From an uncultured Candidatus Actinomarina sp. (lineage in GTDB: Bacteria > Actinomycetota > Acidimicrobiia > Actinomarinales > Actinomarinaceae), in the NCBI GenBank assembly GCA_902625455.1, contig CACOBL010000005.1:6648-70647 (forward strand): 64,000 nt of DNA. The letters run 5' to 3'. The position numbers and the translations under genes were made by a program. This document shows, piece by piece, positions 50,272 to 60,609 of this stretch. Below the pieces are notes generated by a model. That model saw only the letters and a program-made list of their open reading frames with translations. It was not told the DNA's origin and made no database searches. Positions within the stretch are counted from its first letter, which is position 1. Each line of letters begins with the position of its first letter.

Positions 50272-50559
50272 TTAAGAAATTACAGATTGAACTTTAAGCG
50301 CAATACTCATATCACCAGCAACTTTTAATTTACCAGTCATAAAAGCAGCTTGTGGGCTTGATGAACCATCCATTATTGATTGCATAGTGTCGGCATCTGT
50401 TGAAATTGTGCATGTAGCTTCATTATCCTCTGATGAGATTTCACCAGTATTACCATCAATCAAGACTACATTTTCATCAACAACAAACTTTACAGATCCA
50501 CCTAAAACACTTAGATCTTTTCCTTCAGCTCTTTCTTTTACTATTGCTACTAAATCCAT
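50272..50559 (-). CDS. SCP2 sterol/lipid-binding domain protein
   Basis: AAFMTGKLKVAGDMSIA; GGAGG RBS before ATG at 50559 (alternative start 50574). Confidence 0.9.
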   Translation of the reverse strand: MDLVAIVKERAEGKDLSVLGGSVKFVVDENVVLIDGNTGEISSEDNEATCTISTDADTMQSIMDGSSSPQAAFMTGKLKVAGDMSIALKVQSVIS

Positions 50560-50605
50560 TTTTCCTCCATTCATTTCTAAGTATAGTGAAAATAAAATTG
50601 TATAG

Positions 50606-50678
50606 CTCCGAGGGTGGGACTTGAACCCACAACCAACGGATTAACAGTCCGCTGCTCTGCCAATTGAGCTACCTCGGA
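50606..50678 (-). tRNA. tRNA-Asn (GTT); CCA not encoded
   Basis: TCCGAGGTAGCTCAATTGGCAGAGCAGCGGACTGTTAATCCGTTGGTTGTGGGTTCAAGTCCCACCCTCGGAG. Confidence 0.96.
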
Positions 50679-50701
50679 TAGCAAATTAATAATACTATGA
50701 A

Positions 50702-52327
50702 TTAAATGGTATTCTGATAAATTTCTTTTTTCTTTTTAATGTCTTCTACTTCTTGAAGGAGTTGGAAATTTTTATCCTCTGATTCTTCAAATTCTTGGAT
50801 CAGTTCATCGATTTTTAGGTTTGCAAAATGTAAATACAATCTTGAAACTGCTTCTAAGTGCTGCTCTTTTGTATATGAAATATTGAGATAATCTTCTTTT
50901 TTTGAATTTTCATTTTTAATATTATCAACTAACTTTTTAAATTCAGAATTCAACTCTATTAACTGGTCAATTTCTTCATTCGGTCTAAATTTATCAGAAA
51001 TCATTTCTGCAATAATTAAATCTTTAAAAATAGAGATAGAACTTATAGATTGTTCTGTCACATCTTCTTTTTCGTCTGAAGTTTGAAATTTTAACTCCTT
51101 TTTAAGTATGTCTTTGGCCGTGTTTAATTTTGAAGATAGTAGATCTAATGAGACATCGACTTCAAGAGGACTTAGATTAGATGTTATTTTCATAAAATAA
51201 TTAAAAATACTTTTTTTATCTGATGTACTTTCAATAAATTTATCAATCAAAAATTCAATTATTTCAAGATTATCTTTAAGAACACTACTAAAAATATCTT
51301 CATCTTTTTCATACAGCTCTGAAATATCTTTATATTTTTCCGGTAAATTGAGACAATGTATTTCAAGTTGGTTAGAAACTTGATTTTTAATTTCTAGAAC
51401 TCTCTCAGTTGCCTTCAGTCCTGCTTCATCATTATCGAAACAAAGCAAGATTTTATTTGTATAGCGTGAAACGGCTTCTAACTGTTGAATCGTAAGAGCA
51501 GTACCTGACGGTGAGGCACTATTTGAGTAACCTAATTGGTTTAAGGATAAAACATCAAAGTAGCCTTCTACTAAAAATACATACCCTTTCTTCTTAACAG
51601 AAGATATGAATTCTTTTGTGAAATACAAATTCCTGTTTTTTTTATATAAAACTGAATCTGAAGAATTTAAATATTTAGGACCAAAATCTTCAAGTGCTCT
51701 TCCGCCATAAGCAATAGTTTCGGATCTAAAATTAAGAATTGGAAACATAATTCTATTTTTAAATAAAAAATTATTATTGCTAGACATAAATCCTAATTTT
51801 TTTAAATCAAAGTCAGAGATTTTATTTTTATCACAAAACTTTTGAAAATCTTCAACATTTGCATCAATAAAAGATATGTCATATCTTTTTAAATCTTGTT
51901 CATTGAACTTTCTAGAAGTAAGATACTCTTTTGCTTTTTTAGATTTCTTCGAATCCATCATTTCTTTAAAGTATTCATCAATGAGATTTATTTTTTGTTG
52001 AAAATTTTTAAAATCGTTAGTCTGACTAGTTTCAGTATACGTAAGTTTGAAACCATACTTTTCAGCAACTAATTCAACTGCATCCTGAAACTCCGAATTA
52101 TTGATTTCTTGTACATATTTATAAATATCACCACCCATTTTGCATCCAAAACAATGAAATAAATTTTCCACATCTGTAAAACTCATACTTGCAGTTTTTT
52201 CACCGTGGAAAGGACACAATGCCATCCCTTTAGTTCCTCTAAGTTTTCCAGTTGTAGTAGATAAAACAAAGTCGCTAATTTTTGATCTTTTTTTTAAATC
52301 TTCGATTGATTGCTTTGATATACCCAT
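50702..52327 (-). CDS. dnaG: DNA primase
   Basis: CPFH...CFGC zinc finger, PKYLNS, TOPRIM EGYFD and FDNDEAG. Confidence 0.96.
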   Translation of the reverse strand: MGISKQSIEDLKKRSKISDFVLSTTTGKLRGTKGMALCPFHGEKTASMSFTDVENLFHCFGCKMGGDIYKYVQEINNSEFQDAVELVAEKYGFKLTYTETSQTNDFKNFQQKINLIDEYFKEMMDSKKSKKAKEYLTSRKFNEQDLKRYDISFIDANVEDFQKFCDKNKISDFDLKKLGFMSSNNNFLFKNRIMFPILNFRSETIAYGGRALEDFGPKYLNSSDSVLYKKNRNLYFTKEFISSVKKKGYVFLVEGYFDVLSLNQLGYSNSASPSGTALTIQQLEAVSRYTNKILLCFDNDEAGLKATERVLEIKNQVSNQLEIHCLNLPEKYKDISELYEKDEDIFSSVLKDNLEIIEFLIDKFIESTSDKKSIFNYFMKITSNLSPLEVDVSLDLLSSKLNTAKDILKKELKFQTSDEKEDVTEQSISSISIFKDLIIAEMISDKFRPNEEIDQLIELNSEFKKLVDNIKNENSKKEDYLNISYTKEQHLEAVSRLYLHFANLKIDELIQEFEESEDKNFQLLQEVEDIKKKKEIYQNTI

Positions 52328-53619
52328 TATATTTTTGAGAAATAATCGAGAAGGTCTTTTATTTTTATTCGTTCCTGATCCATTGAATCTCTATTTCTTA
52401 TCGTGACTGATAAATCTTCTAATGAGTCAAAATCTATAGTTACACAATAAGGGGTTCCAATTTCATCTTGTCTTCTGTACCTTTTACCTATCGATTGAGT
52501 TACATCAACTTCTGTTCTGTAAAATTTCTGCAAAGTTTGTTGTATATCATTTGAAACTTTAATTAATTCTTCTTTTTTACTCAAAGGCAGAATTCCAATT
52601 TGGATAGGTGCGATTTCAAAATTAAATCTAAAAAGTGTTCTAGTAGTATCGTTAATTTCCTCTTCATCATATGTTGAACACAGTAAAGCAAAGAGTGTTC
52701 TTGTTAATCCCCCTGCAGGCTCAATTACAACTGGAGTTATTTTCTCATTTGTTTCTGAATCAAAATATGATAAATCTTTTCCGCTAGAGCTTTCGTGTGA
52801 ACTTAAATCAAAACTTCCTCGATTTGCAATGCCTTCAAGCTCACCCCATCCCCATGGGTAATCAAATTCAATGTCTACAGTTTTAGATGCATAATGAGCT
52901 AATTCGTTATCTTCATGTTCTCTCAACCTGAGCTTCTCTTCTGGTATGCCTATCCCCTTGTACCAATCAAGTCTCTTATTTACCCAGAAATCAAACCATT
53001 CATTTTCATTTTCTTTTTTACAAAAATATTCAATTTCCATTTGTTCAAATTCTCTAGTTCTGAATATAAACTGACCAGGAGTAATTTCATTTCTGAATGA
53101 TTTTCCAATATTAGCTATTCCGAATGGAAGTTTTGCTCTCATTGTTCTTTGAACATTCTCAAAATTTACAAATATACCTTGTGCTGTTTCTGGTCGTAAA
53201 TACACTGCTGAGTTTTCATTTTGTACTGGGCCTATGTTTGTTTCAAACATAAGATTAAATTGACGCGGCTCTGTTAAATCTTCTTTTTTTAAATTTTCTG
53301 GTACTTGGTCAGCTCTAAATCTTTCACCTGTAGGCTTATGATCTACCATAGGATCTGTAAATTCAGCTAGATGGCCAGACGCTTTCCATACTTCAGAACT
53401 TTGGATAATAGCTGTATCAATAGGATATATAGAAAGTTTGCTATCTTGATTTATATCTTTCCACCAGCTTCCAGAGATGTTGTTTTTAAGCAAAACACCC
53501 AATGGACCATAGTCATAAGAGCTTCTTAATCCGCCATATATTGATGAAGCATTGAAAACAAAGCCTCTCGCATTTGCTATTTTTACAATTTTGTCGAATA
53601 AATTATCAATTTTTTCCAT
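52327..53619 (-). CDS. glyS: Glycine--tRNA ligase, alpha2 type
   Basis: YDYGPLG, YLRPETAQGIF, FRNEITP, RTREFEQME, IGKRYRRQDEIGTP. Confidence 0.96.
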   Translation of the reverse strand: MEKIDNLFDKIVKIANARGFVFNASSIYGGLRSSYDYGPLGVLLKNNISGSWWKDINQDSKLSIYPIDTAIIQSSEVWKASGHLAEFTDPMVDHKPTGERFRADQVPENLKKEDLTEPRQFNLMFETNIGPVQNENSAVYLRPETAQGIFVNFENVQRTMRAKLPFGIANIGKSFRNEITPGQFIFRTREFEQMEIEYFCKKENENEWFDFWVNKRLDWYKGIGIPEEKLRLREHEDNELAHYASKTVDIEFDYPWGWGELEGIANRGSFDLSSHESSSGKDLSYFDSETNEKITPVVIEPAGGLTRTLFALLCSTYDEEEINDTTRTLFRFNFEIAPIQIGILPLSKKEELIKVSNDIQQTLQKFYRTEVDVTQSIGKRYRRQDEIGTPYCVTIDFDSLEDLSVTIRNRDSMDQERIKIKDLLDYFSKI

Positions 53620-54313
53620 AAGTTCTATTCCTTGAATTAAATTCTAGTAAAACGTCATCTAATATGTCAGCATTTATATCAGGCCAAAGTTCTTCAATAA
53701 ATAACAGTTCGGTATACGAAAGTTGGTAAAGTAAAAAATTACTTATTCTGCTCTCTCCTGCTGTTCTTAATAGAAGATCAGGAAATGGAATCTCTGGGTA
53801 CTGAAAGTAATTAATAAAGCTTTCTTTAATATCTTTTAAAGTAAACTTTTTATTTAGATTTAAATTATGTAAATTTAACACTGCATTATGAATTTCATCA
53901 TGAGACCCATAATTAAATGCAAAATTTAAATTTAATTCATTATTGTTTTGAGTTAAGTTTTCTGTCTCTCTCATTAACAATTTATTCTCATCAGGTATTT
54001 TCTCATCAGTCAGGTCTCCTAAAAATCTAAACCGTACACCTTTTTGATTAAATTCATCTCTTCTCCTTATAAGAATATCTCGATTAAAAAACATCAAATA
54101 TTCAACTTCTTCATCAGAACGAAGCCAATTTTCAGTAGAAAAAGCATAAACTGTGAGCCATTGAATATTGTTATTAATTGCCCAATCTATAGTTTTTGAT
54201 AAAGAATGTTCACCGGCAGCATGTCCAGCTGTTCTATCAAGACCTTTATCAAGAGCCCATCTACCATTACCATCCATAATGATTGCTAAATGATCAAGAT
54301 TGTTTTTATTCAT
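53606..54313 (-). CDS. uppS: Undecaprenyl/polyprenyl diphosphate synthase
   Basis: IMDGNGRWA, AFSTENW, RTAGESRISNFL. Confidence 0.95.
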   Translation of the reverse strand: MNKNNLDHLAIIMDGNGRWALDKGLDRTAGHAAGEHSLSKTIDWAINNNIQWLTVYAFSTENWLRSDEEVEYLMFFNRDILIRRRDEFNQKGVRFRFLGDLTDEKIPDENKLLMRETENLTQNNNELNLNFAFNYGSHDEIHNAVLNLHNLNLNKKFTLKDIKESFINYFQYPEIPFPDLLLRTAGESRISNFLLYQLSYTELLFIEELWPDINADILDDVLLEFNSRNRTYGKN

Positions 54314-54746
54314 TCCAAACCTTTTTTAGAATTGTATTTTCAATACTACTCAGCTTTTTAGAATCATCATGAGAATATCCAATTAAATGCAACAATCCAT
54401 GAACAAGTACTAATTGATATTCTTCAATCAATGTTTTTGCATACTTTTTTGAATGTTTTTTAATAAGTTTTCTATTCAAGAATAAATCTCCAAGAATTTC
54501 ATTATTGTTTTTGTCTAATTTGTTGATACTTGACAAATCTTTATAAAGAGGGATAGTCAATACATCTGTAGGATAATCTTTTTGAAAGTAATGTTTATTC
54601 AGCTCCTTTGAGTAGTGATCTGAAACAGAGTGAATATGTAATAAAAAATTTTCAGAAATTGAAAACTTATTTAAAAAAACTTTTCTTACATCTTCAAAAG
54701 CATGTTTTTCATTTTTAAAAAAATAACCGTTAAATTGAAATTTCAA
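54306..54746 (-). CDS. ybeY: rRNA maturation endoribonuclease YbeY
   Basis: PTDVL, LGDLF, HGLLHLIGYSH. Confidence 0.9.
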   Translation of the reverse strand: MKFQFNGYFFKNEKHAFEDVRKVFLNKFSISENFLLHIHSVSDHYSKELNKHYFQKDYPTDVLTIPLYKDLSSINKLDKNNNEILGDLFLNRKLIKKHSKKYAKTLIEEYQLVLVHGLLHLIGYSHDDSKKLSSIENTILKKVWNE

Positions 54747-54751
54747 TATTT

Positions 54752-56917
54752 TTATTCTTCTTCTGTTATTTCAGGATATAAAACTCTTTGGTGGTAAAGA
54801 CCCTCCAAGCTCCCTTGAAAAGATTTTTTGATTATATCTAATTCTTTAAATGTAATTGGTGCATTATTTAATTGTCCATCTGTAATCTTCTCTTCAAATA
54901 TTTCATTAATGACATTTCTTATTTTTTCCTCATCAGCATCTTCATTCATAAAAATTGCTCTGCAAGCTGCTTCTAAAGAATCCGCCATCATTAATATTGC
55001 TGACTCTTTAGACGTAGGTCTGTTTCCAAGATGTCTAAATTCATCTTTTGAAACGTTTTTGTTGACCTTTTTTTCTTTTTCATAAAAAAATCTTATTACT
55101 GCATCTCCATGGTGTTCTAAAATTCCTTTATATACAGTTTCAGGTATTTTAAATCTCTTAGCTAATTTAACACCCTCTGTGACATGCGCTTTTAATATAT
55201 TTGCAGACTCCATAGGAAGAAGCCCATCGTGAGGGTTCGATGAACCAATTTGATTTTCAACAAACATTGTTGGATTAGCTGTTTTTCCAAGATCATGATA
55301 ATAAGCCATTGCTCTAGCTAATTGACTATTAGCACCAATTTTATTTGCTGCTCTGTCTGCAAGAGTTCCTACTACCAATGAGTGATTGAAAGTACCAATA
55401 GCATTATCCTCTAGATAACGTAAAGCTGGGTGATTTCTATCAGCCAATTCTGATAATTTAAAGCTCGAGGTTAATCTAAACAAACTCTCTATGTAAGAAG
55501 TTAGAGAAAAAGCTGCAAGATTTGCAACCAATGCACTTAAAAAAGAAAAAATTAAAATTTGTGTTAAATTACCATCGTCTCTCAAAAAGAAATAAACCCC
55601 AAAAGCAAGCAATGGCTGAGTTAAAGATATATAAATAATTCTTTCTCTAAGTAATGTCCTGTCCGTATCTTCAGATAAAAATACTGCTGGAATAATTGTA
55701 CCTAATGCTCCTAAAGCTACTAGTCCAATGTTTCCACCACCTGCAAGCGCTAAAAGTGAACTAGACAATGACAGGATTAAAGTTGCACGAAGATTTAAAA
55801 GTATAACTGAGATAATTCCTACAAAAGAAACGGGTAAGGCATACTGAATGAAATCTAAATCTGACAAGTTTGAATAATATGAAACCCCTCTTAGAAATAT
55901 TGAAGATACAAGAATTAAAGTAAGCATTAGAAGTAATTCATTATCATTTTTCCAAATTGAATCTCTTAATCTCCATAAAAGAACATATAAAACAAGGAAT
56001 ACGGAGAAGATTATCGGAATAGCAGATGTTTGGACTGTTCTTGATTCACCTGAAAGGTAACCGAATTCATCTAAAGCTTTGTACAAAACCTCATTTATAA
56101 CTTCACCTTCACTTACAATGATTTCATCTTTAAAAAATTGAATAGTAACTTCTTCAACTGCATCAGAAGCTTTGTTTTTTTGATCATTCCATAGTTCTTC
56201 TTCAAGCCTTTGATTAGCTATTAAGTTTTCTGCAATAATTTCTCCAACCATTGATCTTACTCTTGCTTCAGGGACTAAAACGTATAATTCACTTGGTAAA
56301 TTTAAATTAGGAGGCGTCTGAACGATTGTTTGCCTAATTTGATTTAGATTTTCATTATTTATACCATTCGACAAAAATTTGTCAGCCTGACTCTTGGCTT
56401 CAAATTCAATTTGCGTCAAAAAATTTGAATTATTTAAATTATCAAAGTTTGAAATTTCAACTAAAACTTCAATGGCAGATGTTGAAATAGTTGAAAATAA
56501 TAATGAGGACTGAACTTTTTCAATTTGCTCAACTTTACTCAATTCTACTATTTCAACTTTGGATTGAGGATTTTCTGGATTGCTATCACTATCAGTAACA
56601 AGTACCTCATCCGTTCTAGATTTTATTACTGTGAGAAACATTTCAGTAATTCCATCAATTACCGATATGTTTATTTTGCTATCAATTGAGTAAACGGGGT
56701 CAACATCATTTCTTGCTTCTTCTTTTAACTTTTCAGTTTGCTGTTCATCTACAATAGTTAGAAACCTAGGAGCAGAAAAAGCTGTCGGTGATTCATCTCC
56801 TACTTCAATCTTAATTATTTGGTTTTCTGGAAAAATTGAAAAAGAAATAAACCATACAGCTGCTGAAAATAAAATAATATAAAATATCTTTCTAAAGTGA
56901 GTTAAGTAAATATTCAT
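54752..56917 (-). CDS. 7TM-HD phosphohydrolase (PgpH-like)
   Basis: Large extracellular domain, seven TMs, GTFNHS, YYHDLGK, EHHG, MADS; phoH-HD-ybeY context. Confidence 0.88.
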   Translation of the reverse strand: MNIYLTHFRKIFYIILFSAAVWFISFSIFPENQIIKIEVGDESPTAFSAPRFLTIVDEQQTEKLKEEARNDVDPVYSIDSKINISVIDGITEMFLTVIKSRTDEVLVTDSDSNPENPQSKVEIVELSKVEQIEKVQSSLLFSTISTSAIEVLVEISNFDNLNNSNFLTQIEFEAKSQADKFLSNGINNENLNQIRQTIVQTPPNLNLPSELYVLVPEARVRSMVGEIIAENLIANQRLEEELWNDQKNKASDAVEEVTIQFFKDEIIVSEGEVINEVLYKALDEFGYLSGESRTVQTSAIPIIFSVFLVLYVLLWRLRDSIWKNDNELLLMLTLILVSSIFLRGVSYYSNLSDLDFIQYALPVSFVGIISVILLNLRATLILSLSSSLLALAGGGNIGLVALGALGTIIPAVFLSEDTDRTLLRERIIYISLTQPLLAFGVYFFLRDDGNLTQILIFSFLSALVANLAAFSLTSYIESLFRLTSSFKLSELADRNHPALRYLEDNAIGTFNHSLVVGTLADRAANKIGANSQLARAMAYYHDLGKTANPTMFVENQIGSSNPHDGLLPMESANILKAHVTEGVKLAKRFKIPETVYKGILEHHGDAVIRFFYEKEKKVNKNVSKDEFRHLGNRPTSKESAILMMADSLEAACRAIFMNEDADEEKIRNVINEIFEEKITDGQLNNAPITFKELDIIKKSFQGSLEGLYHQRVLYPEITEEE

Positions 56918-57849
56918 TATTTATCAGGAAATACTTCTAAAATTTTAGATACTATTTTATTTCTTACGATATCAGAATTTTTAAATTCCACTACTGATAT
57001 TTCTTCAATATTTGATAAAGATTTTCTAGTTTTTTTTAAGCCTGAAAAGTCTCTATTATGAAGATCAATTTGGGTTTCATCTCCTGTTATTATCATTTTT
57101 GAGTCTTCACCCAATCTTGTTAAAAACATTTTAATTTGACTTACGGTTGCATTTTGTGCTTCGTCTAAAATAATACATGCGTTGTTTAATGTCCTGCCTC
57201 GCATATAAGCTAATGGAACAATTTCAATATTTCTCTTTTCAATTAAATATTGTAAAGTTTCATTACCAAAAAAATACTCTAGTGAATCAAATAGTGGTAC
57301 TAAATAAGGATCTATTTTTTGAGACAAATCTCCTGGAAGATATCCAAGTCTCTCGCCCGCTTCTACTGCTGGTCTAGTAAGGACAATTTTTTTAATTTTT
57401 TCATCAGTATACATTTTGACTGCACTTGCAACTGCTAAAAAAGTTTTACCAGTACCAGCTGGACCAATTCCAAAAGTTATAGTTGAATTCTCGATTGTTT
57501 CAATATATTTAAATTGTGTAACATTCTTAACCTTAATTGTTTTTGATCCAATAATTGATATGTTGTTTGTTGAAGTAATATTGCTTATATCTTTTGATTC
57601 AATATTTGACATTAATTTTAAATCTTCAATCTCTATAATCTCACCTCGCTCAGCCATTGAAAGCATCTCATCAAGAATTTTCATAATATCTGTTGTCTGA
57701 GCATTATCTCCAGATATGTAAACAACATTGCCTTTGACATTAATTTTTATTTTTCTAAACTTATCTTTTAAAAATTTTAAGTTTTGGTCATTTACACCAA
57801 AAATATTTACGAGCTCTTTATCAACTGGAATAATTTTTTCAATACTCAT
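56917..57849 (-). CDS. phoH: PhoH family ATPase
   Basis: GPAGTGKT, TRPAVEAGE, YMRGRTL, DEAQN. Confidence 0.95.
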   Translation of the reverse strand: MSIEKIIPVDKELVNIFGVNDQNLKFLKDKFRKIKINVKGNVVYISGDNAQTTDIMKILDEMLSMAERGEIIEIEDLKLMSNIESKDISNITSTNNISIIGSKTIKVKNVTQFKYIETIENSTITFGIGPAGTGKTFLAVASAVKMYTDEKIKKIVLTRPAVEAGERLGYLPGDLSQKIDPYLVPLFDSLEYFFGNETLQYLIEKRNIEIVPLAYMRGRTLNNACIILDEAQNATVSQIKMFLTRLGEDSKMIITGDETQIDLHNRDFSGLKKTRKSLSNIEEISVVEFKNSDIVRNKIVSKILEVFPDK

Positions 57850-58190
57850 TAAATATTCTTAAGTTTTTCTCCACCTATCAAATGAAGGTGTATATGGAAT
57901 ACTGTCTGCATTGCATCTGAGTTGGTATTAAATAATAATCTGTACCCAGAATCACTAATATTATGTTTTTTTGCTAAATCTTTTGCTAACAGTATCATTT
58001 TTCCAAGTAAATTTTGATCTTCTAAATTAGCATCATTAATTGTCTCAATCTTTTTTTTTGGAATTATTAATATGTGAACTTTTGCAACGGGATTTATATC
58101 ATTTATGGCAAATATTTCATCATCTTCATAAATAATCTCAGAATCAAGTTCTCCAGATAATATCAATTCAAATACTGATTTTTCTTCCAT
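57849..58190 (-). CDS. HIT family nucleotide hydrolase
   Basis: DINP, QTVFHIHLHLIGG. Confidence 0.93.
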   Translation of the reverse strand: MEEKSVFELILSGELDSEIIYEDDEIFAINDINPVAKVHILIIPKKKIETINDANLEDQNLLGKMILLAKDLAKKHNISDSGYRLLFNTNSDAMQTVFHIHLHLIGGEKLKNI

Positions 58191-58195
58191 ATTTA

Positions 58196-58831
58196 TTACA
58201 TCATTAATGATACTGCAGTTATTGCGGCAGTTTCAGTTCTCATACTAAATTCTGAAATCTTAAATTTGTGTTGAAATTTTGACAATTCTTCTTCTGACCA
58301 GCCACCTTCAGGGCCAATTGCAAAGTTATTAAATTTTTTGACGTTTTTATCAAAGGTTTCTCCACTGATATCAAAACATGTACTAAAATGATTAAAATTC
58401 AAATTTTCAGGAAAAAATAATTCAGGCAGATATGCTGAACCTGACTGTTCTAAAGCAGAAACTAACCACTCTCTAATCTTTGATTTGCTGTAGTTTGTAT
58501 TTTGAGTATTTTTGGTTGTACCTATGTGAATCTCATTAACATTTAGTTCCGTCAATTTTTCAATTAAAAACCTAAACCTACTTTTCTCTCTTAAGTAAGG
58601 AACAAATATTTTTAACTTATTTTGTCTTTGATAAATTTTTGAATTTTTTATTTCTACATAATTATTTATAAAATGTCCATAAGAGATGAGTCCTTTCCCA
58701 TCGGATAAATTAACTTTATCTCCATCTCTAAGTCTTAATACTTTACTCAAATGATGTAATTTTTTATCAGAAACTTCAACACTCATATTATTATTATTTG
58801 AATTTTCAATATAAATAGTTGGAACAAACAT
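58196..58831 (-). CDS. rsmE: 16S rRNA m3U1498 methyltransferase RsmE
   Basis: HHLSKVLR, EQS, IGPEGGWS, MRTETAA. Confidence 0.92.
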   Translation of the reverse strand: MFVPTIYIENSNNNNMSVEVSDKKLHHLSKVLRLRDGDKVNLSDGKGLISYGHFINNYVEIKNSKIYQRQNKLKIFVPYLREKSRFRFLIEKLTELNVNEIHIGTTKNTQNTNYSKSKIREWLVSALEQSGSAYLPELFFPENLNFNHFSTCFDISGETFDKNVKKFNNFAIGPEGGWSEEELSKFQHKFKISEFSMRTETAAITAVSLMM

Positions 58832-60609
58832 TACTGTTTCAAAAAATCTCTAAAAGCTTCTTTTGGTACATTTACTTTGCCGATTTGTCTCATTTTTTTC
58901 TTTCCCTCCTTTTGCTTTTCAAGAAGCTTTCTTTTCCTTGTCACATCTCCACCATATAGTTTTGCTGTAACATCTTTTCTTAAAGCTTTAATTGTTTCTC
59001 TAGCTATTATTCTAGATCCAACAGCTGCCTGAATAGGAATATCAAATTGTTGACGAGGAATTAGTTCAGATAATTTTTTAACTCTATTTCTACCTACATA
59101 TTCTGCATTCTCTTTGGCAAGAATAGAACTAAATGAATCAATTATTTGTCCGTTGACTAATATATCAAGCTTGACAAGATTTCCTTTTTCAAAATCTAAA
59201 ATTTCATAATCCAATGACGCAAACCCTTGTGAAATAGATTTTAAAGTATCATAAAATCCACTAACAAGTTCAAGTAATGGAAGTTTATATCTGACCTTGA
59301 CCATTGATGTACTCAAATAATTTAAATCTTCTTGAATACCTCTTTTTTCGCTTAGTAATTGCATAATTGAACCTAAGTACTGTTTCGGAAACAATAGATT
59401 AACTTCACAGTATTTTTCCATTAAATGCTTAATGTCAGTATATTTTTCAATTTCACTTGGATTGCGAATAATTATTTCTGTATCGTTGTTTCTAACAATT
59501 TTAAATTCAACAGAAGGAGGAGTGACAATTAATGAAAGATCAAATTCTCTTTCAAGTCTCTCAATTACAATTTCCAAATGCAATAAACCTAAAAATCCAC
59601 ATCTAAATCCGAAGCCAAAAGCTGATGATGTTTCAGGTTCATAATAAAAACTCGCGTCATTTAGTACATACTTGTCTAATGAATCTCTAAGCTTCGTATA
59701 GTCGTCTGAGTCTGAAGGAAACACACTTGAAAAAACAGTTGGTTGAGGTTCCTTGTAACCAGATACTATTATTGGGCTTTCATCTTCTTCAGAAACTAAA
59801 GTGTCACCAACTCGTATCTGAGATAATTCTTTTGCTCCTGTAATGATATATCCCACTTCTCCGGTCTTTAAATCATTGGATGGTACAAAATCTAAATCAA
59901 AATAACCCATCTCAGAAGGCTCAAAAGAGTAATTTGAATTTACAAGTTTAAGTTTTTGATTTGACTTAATTTCATTACCAAAAACACGCACAGACGCAAC
60001 AACACCCCTATAAGAATCAAAAAAAGAATCAAAAATTAATGCATTAACTCCATCTATTTTCTTCTCCGGAGGGCTAATTAAATGCGGAAGTTCAAGTAAT
60101 AAATCTTCCACTCCCTCTCCAGTTTTTGCAGAAATTTGAAATATCTCATTTTCTTTAGATCCAATTAAATTAAAAATTTGTTTTTTTGCATTTTCAATAT
60201 CAGCATCAATAGAATCTATTTTATTTAAAACAGGAATAATTTCTAGGCCTGCTTCAATTGCTGCATAAGAGTGCGCAAAAGTTTGAGCTTGAATTCCCTG
60301 TGTTGCATCAACCAATAGAATAGCCCCATCACAAGCAATTAATGCTCTAGATACCTCATAAGAAAAATCTACGTGACCTGGTGTGTCAATTAGGTTTATT
60401 GTCAAATCTTCAAATTGTAACCTTATTGGCTGGGATTTTATTGTTATCCCTTTTTCTCTCTCTAGATCCATGCTGTCAAGTATCTGATCTACATGTTCGC
60501 CTGGTTTAATTAATCCACACATTTCAATTAAGCGATCTGCTAATGTTGATTTACCATGATCTACATGAGCAATGATCGAAATATTTCTTAGATTTTTATT
60601 ATGTAACAT
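58831..60609 (-). CDS. lepA: Elongation factor 4
   Basis: AHVDHGKSTLAD, DTPGHVDF, GFRCGFLGLLH, KLLEKQKEGK. Confidence 0.97.
   Translation of the reverse strand: MLHNKNLRNISIIAHVDHGKSTLADRLIEMCGLIKPGEHVDQILDSMDLEREKGITIKSQPIRLQFEDLTINLIDTPGHVDFSYEVSRALIACDGAILLVDATQGIQAQTFAHSYAAIEAGLEIIPVLNKIDSIDADIENAKKQIFNLIGSKENEIFQISAKTGEGVEDLLLELPHLISPPEKKIDGVNALIFDSFFDSYRGVVASVRVFGNEIKSNQKLKLVNSNYSFEPSEMGYFDLDFVPSNDLKTGEVGYIITGAKELSQIRVGDTLVSEEDESPIIVSGYKEPQPTVFSSVFPSDSDDYTKLRDSLDKYVLNDASFYYEPETSSAFGFGFRCGFLGLLHLEIVIERLEREFDLSLIVTPPSVEFKIVRNNDTEIIIRNPSEIEKYTDIKHLMEKYCEVNLLFPKQYLGSIMQLLSEKRGIQEDLNYLSTSMVKVRYKLPLLELVSGFYDTLKSISQGFASLDYEILDFEKGNLVKLDILVNGQIIDSFSSILAKENAEYVGRNRVKKLSELIPRQQFDIPIQAAVGSRIIARETIKALRKDVTAKLYGGDVTRKRKLLEKQKEGKKKMRQIGKVNVPKEAFRDFLKQ

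Noticed and set aside
50011-50624. Plus-strand ORFs ending in WAWQDSNLRPTDYES and similar
   Set aside because: Antisense translations of tRNA and SCP2 sequence.
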